Shown here: one piece after another, positions 63,789 to 64,000 of the stretch | Layout: every line of letters begins with the position of its first letter | Numbering within the stretch: the first letter of the stretch is position 1 | Origin: Acidobacteriota bacterium | Lineage (GTDB): Bacteria > Acidobacteriota > UBA890 > WLXD01 | Direction of reading: 5' to 3' | Length of the DNA stretch: 64,000 bases | NCBI GenBank assembly: GCA_965205505.1 | Contig: CBDBHB010000007.1 | Span: forward strand, 384,001 to 448,000 | Made by a program: the position numbers and the translations under genes | Notes under the pieces: model-generated | Seen by the model: the letters and a program-made list of their open reading frames with translations, nothing else | What the model was told of the DNA's origin: nothing | Databases searched by the model: none

Positions 63789-63802
63789 GTGGCCCGTGTG
63801 TC

Positions 63803-64000
63803 CTACTCGCGACTACCGATCAACTGCGCGGTCGTCGTCGGCTTGAGGTACTTCTCCCACCACCCCAGCTCGGTCATCATGCGGTGCACGTTGTTCCAGG
63901 GGCCACGGATTCCGTGCGCCATCCCTTCGTAGATGACGAGCCTCGTGGGTACGCGCTGCTTCTTGAGCGACGTGTAGAGCTGGATGGCACCTTCGAGCGG
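63803..64000 (-). CDS. S9 peptidase C-terminus (partial, window edge)
   Basis: PLEGAIQLYTSLKKQRVPTRLVIYEGMAHGI...WWEKYL. Confidence 0.8.
   Translation of the reverse strand, partial: PLEGAIQLYTSLKKQRVPTRLVIYEGMAHGIRGPWNNVHRMMTELGWWEKYLKPTTTAQLIGSRE

Overview
GC-rich bacterial DNA. The gene families (PadR, Ser/Thr kinase with TolB-like propeller, S9 peptidases, TPR proteins, DUF5916, multiheme-TPR protein) suggest Acidobacteriota or a similar lineage; this is an inference. About 1-25.5 kb is mostly intact backbone: Ca/Na antiporter, VapBC, OprO/P porin, HupE/UreJ, octaheme cytochrome-HEAT-TPR, amidohydrolase, tRNA-Arg(ACG) directly upstream of tadA, DUF481, PAP2, VKOR, YdjY, SDR, S9 peptidase and two exported PI3/4-kinase-fold paralogs. 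From tRNA-Ser(CGA) (25573-25667) to about 62.1 kb lies a heavily eroded mobile-element region. It opens with an AEP-primase/PriCT/wHTH-type replication gene ending in 27-bp iteron-like repeats, followed by a packaging-type HNH, a TerS-like gene, a lambda-Nu1-like HTH and a DUF3578-DUF3883 nuclease, then a 3' tRNA-Leu att fragment. Further on are two more copies of the HNH with shared cos-like leaders, a TerL remnant, five IS3-family elements, IS110 and IS256 remnants, three tyrosine-integrase tails, several R-M/defence fragments and an intact DUF2924 + large serine recombinase module with helically phased GAACAGGGAA repeats. Intact cargo includes an esterase, SaoD/DsrE, two TonB receptors, DUF4331 and a Yip1-like protein. 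The best candidate for an undescribed system is a tRNA-integrating, phage-satellite-like element family (plasmid-type primase replicon plus HNH/terminase packaging parts, no recognisable capsid or tail genes). All assignments come from reading motifs by eye; no searches were run.
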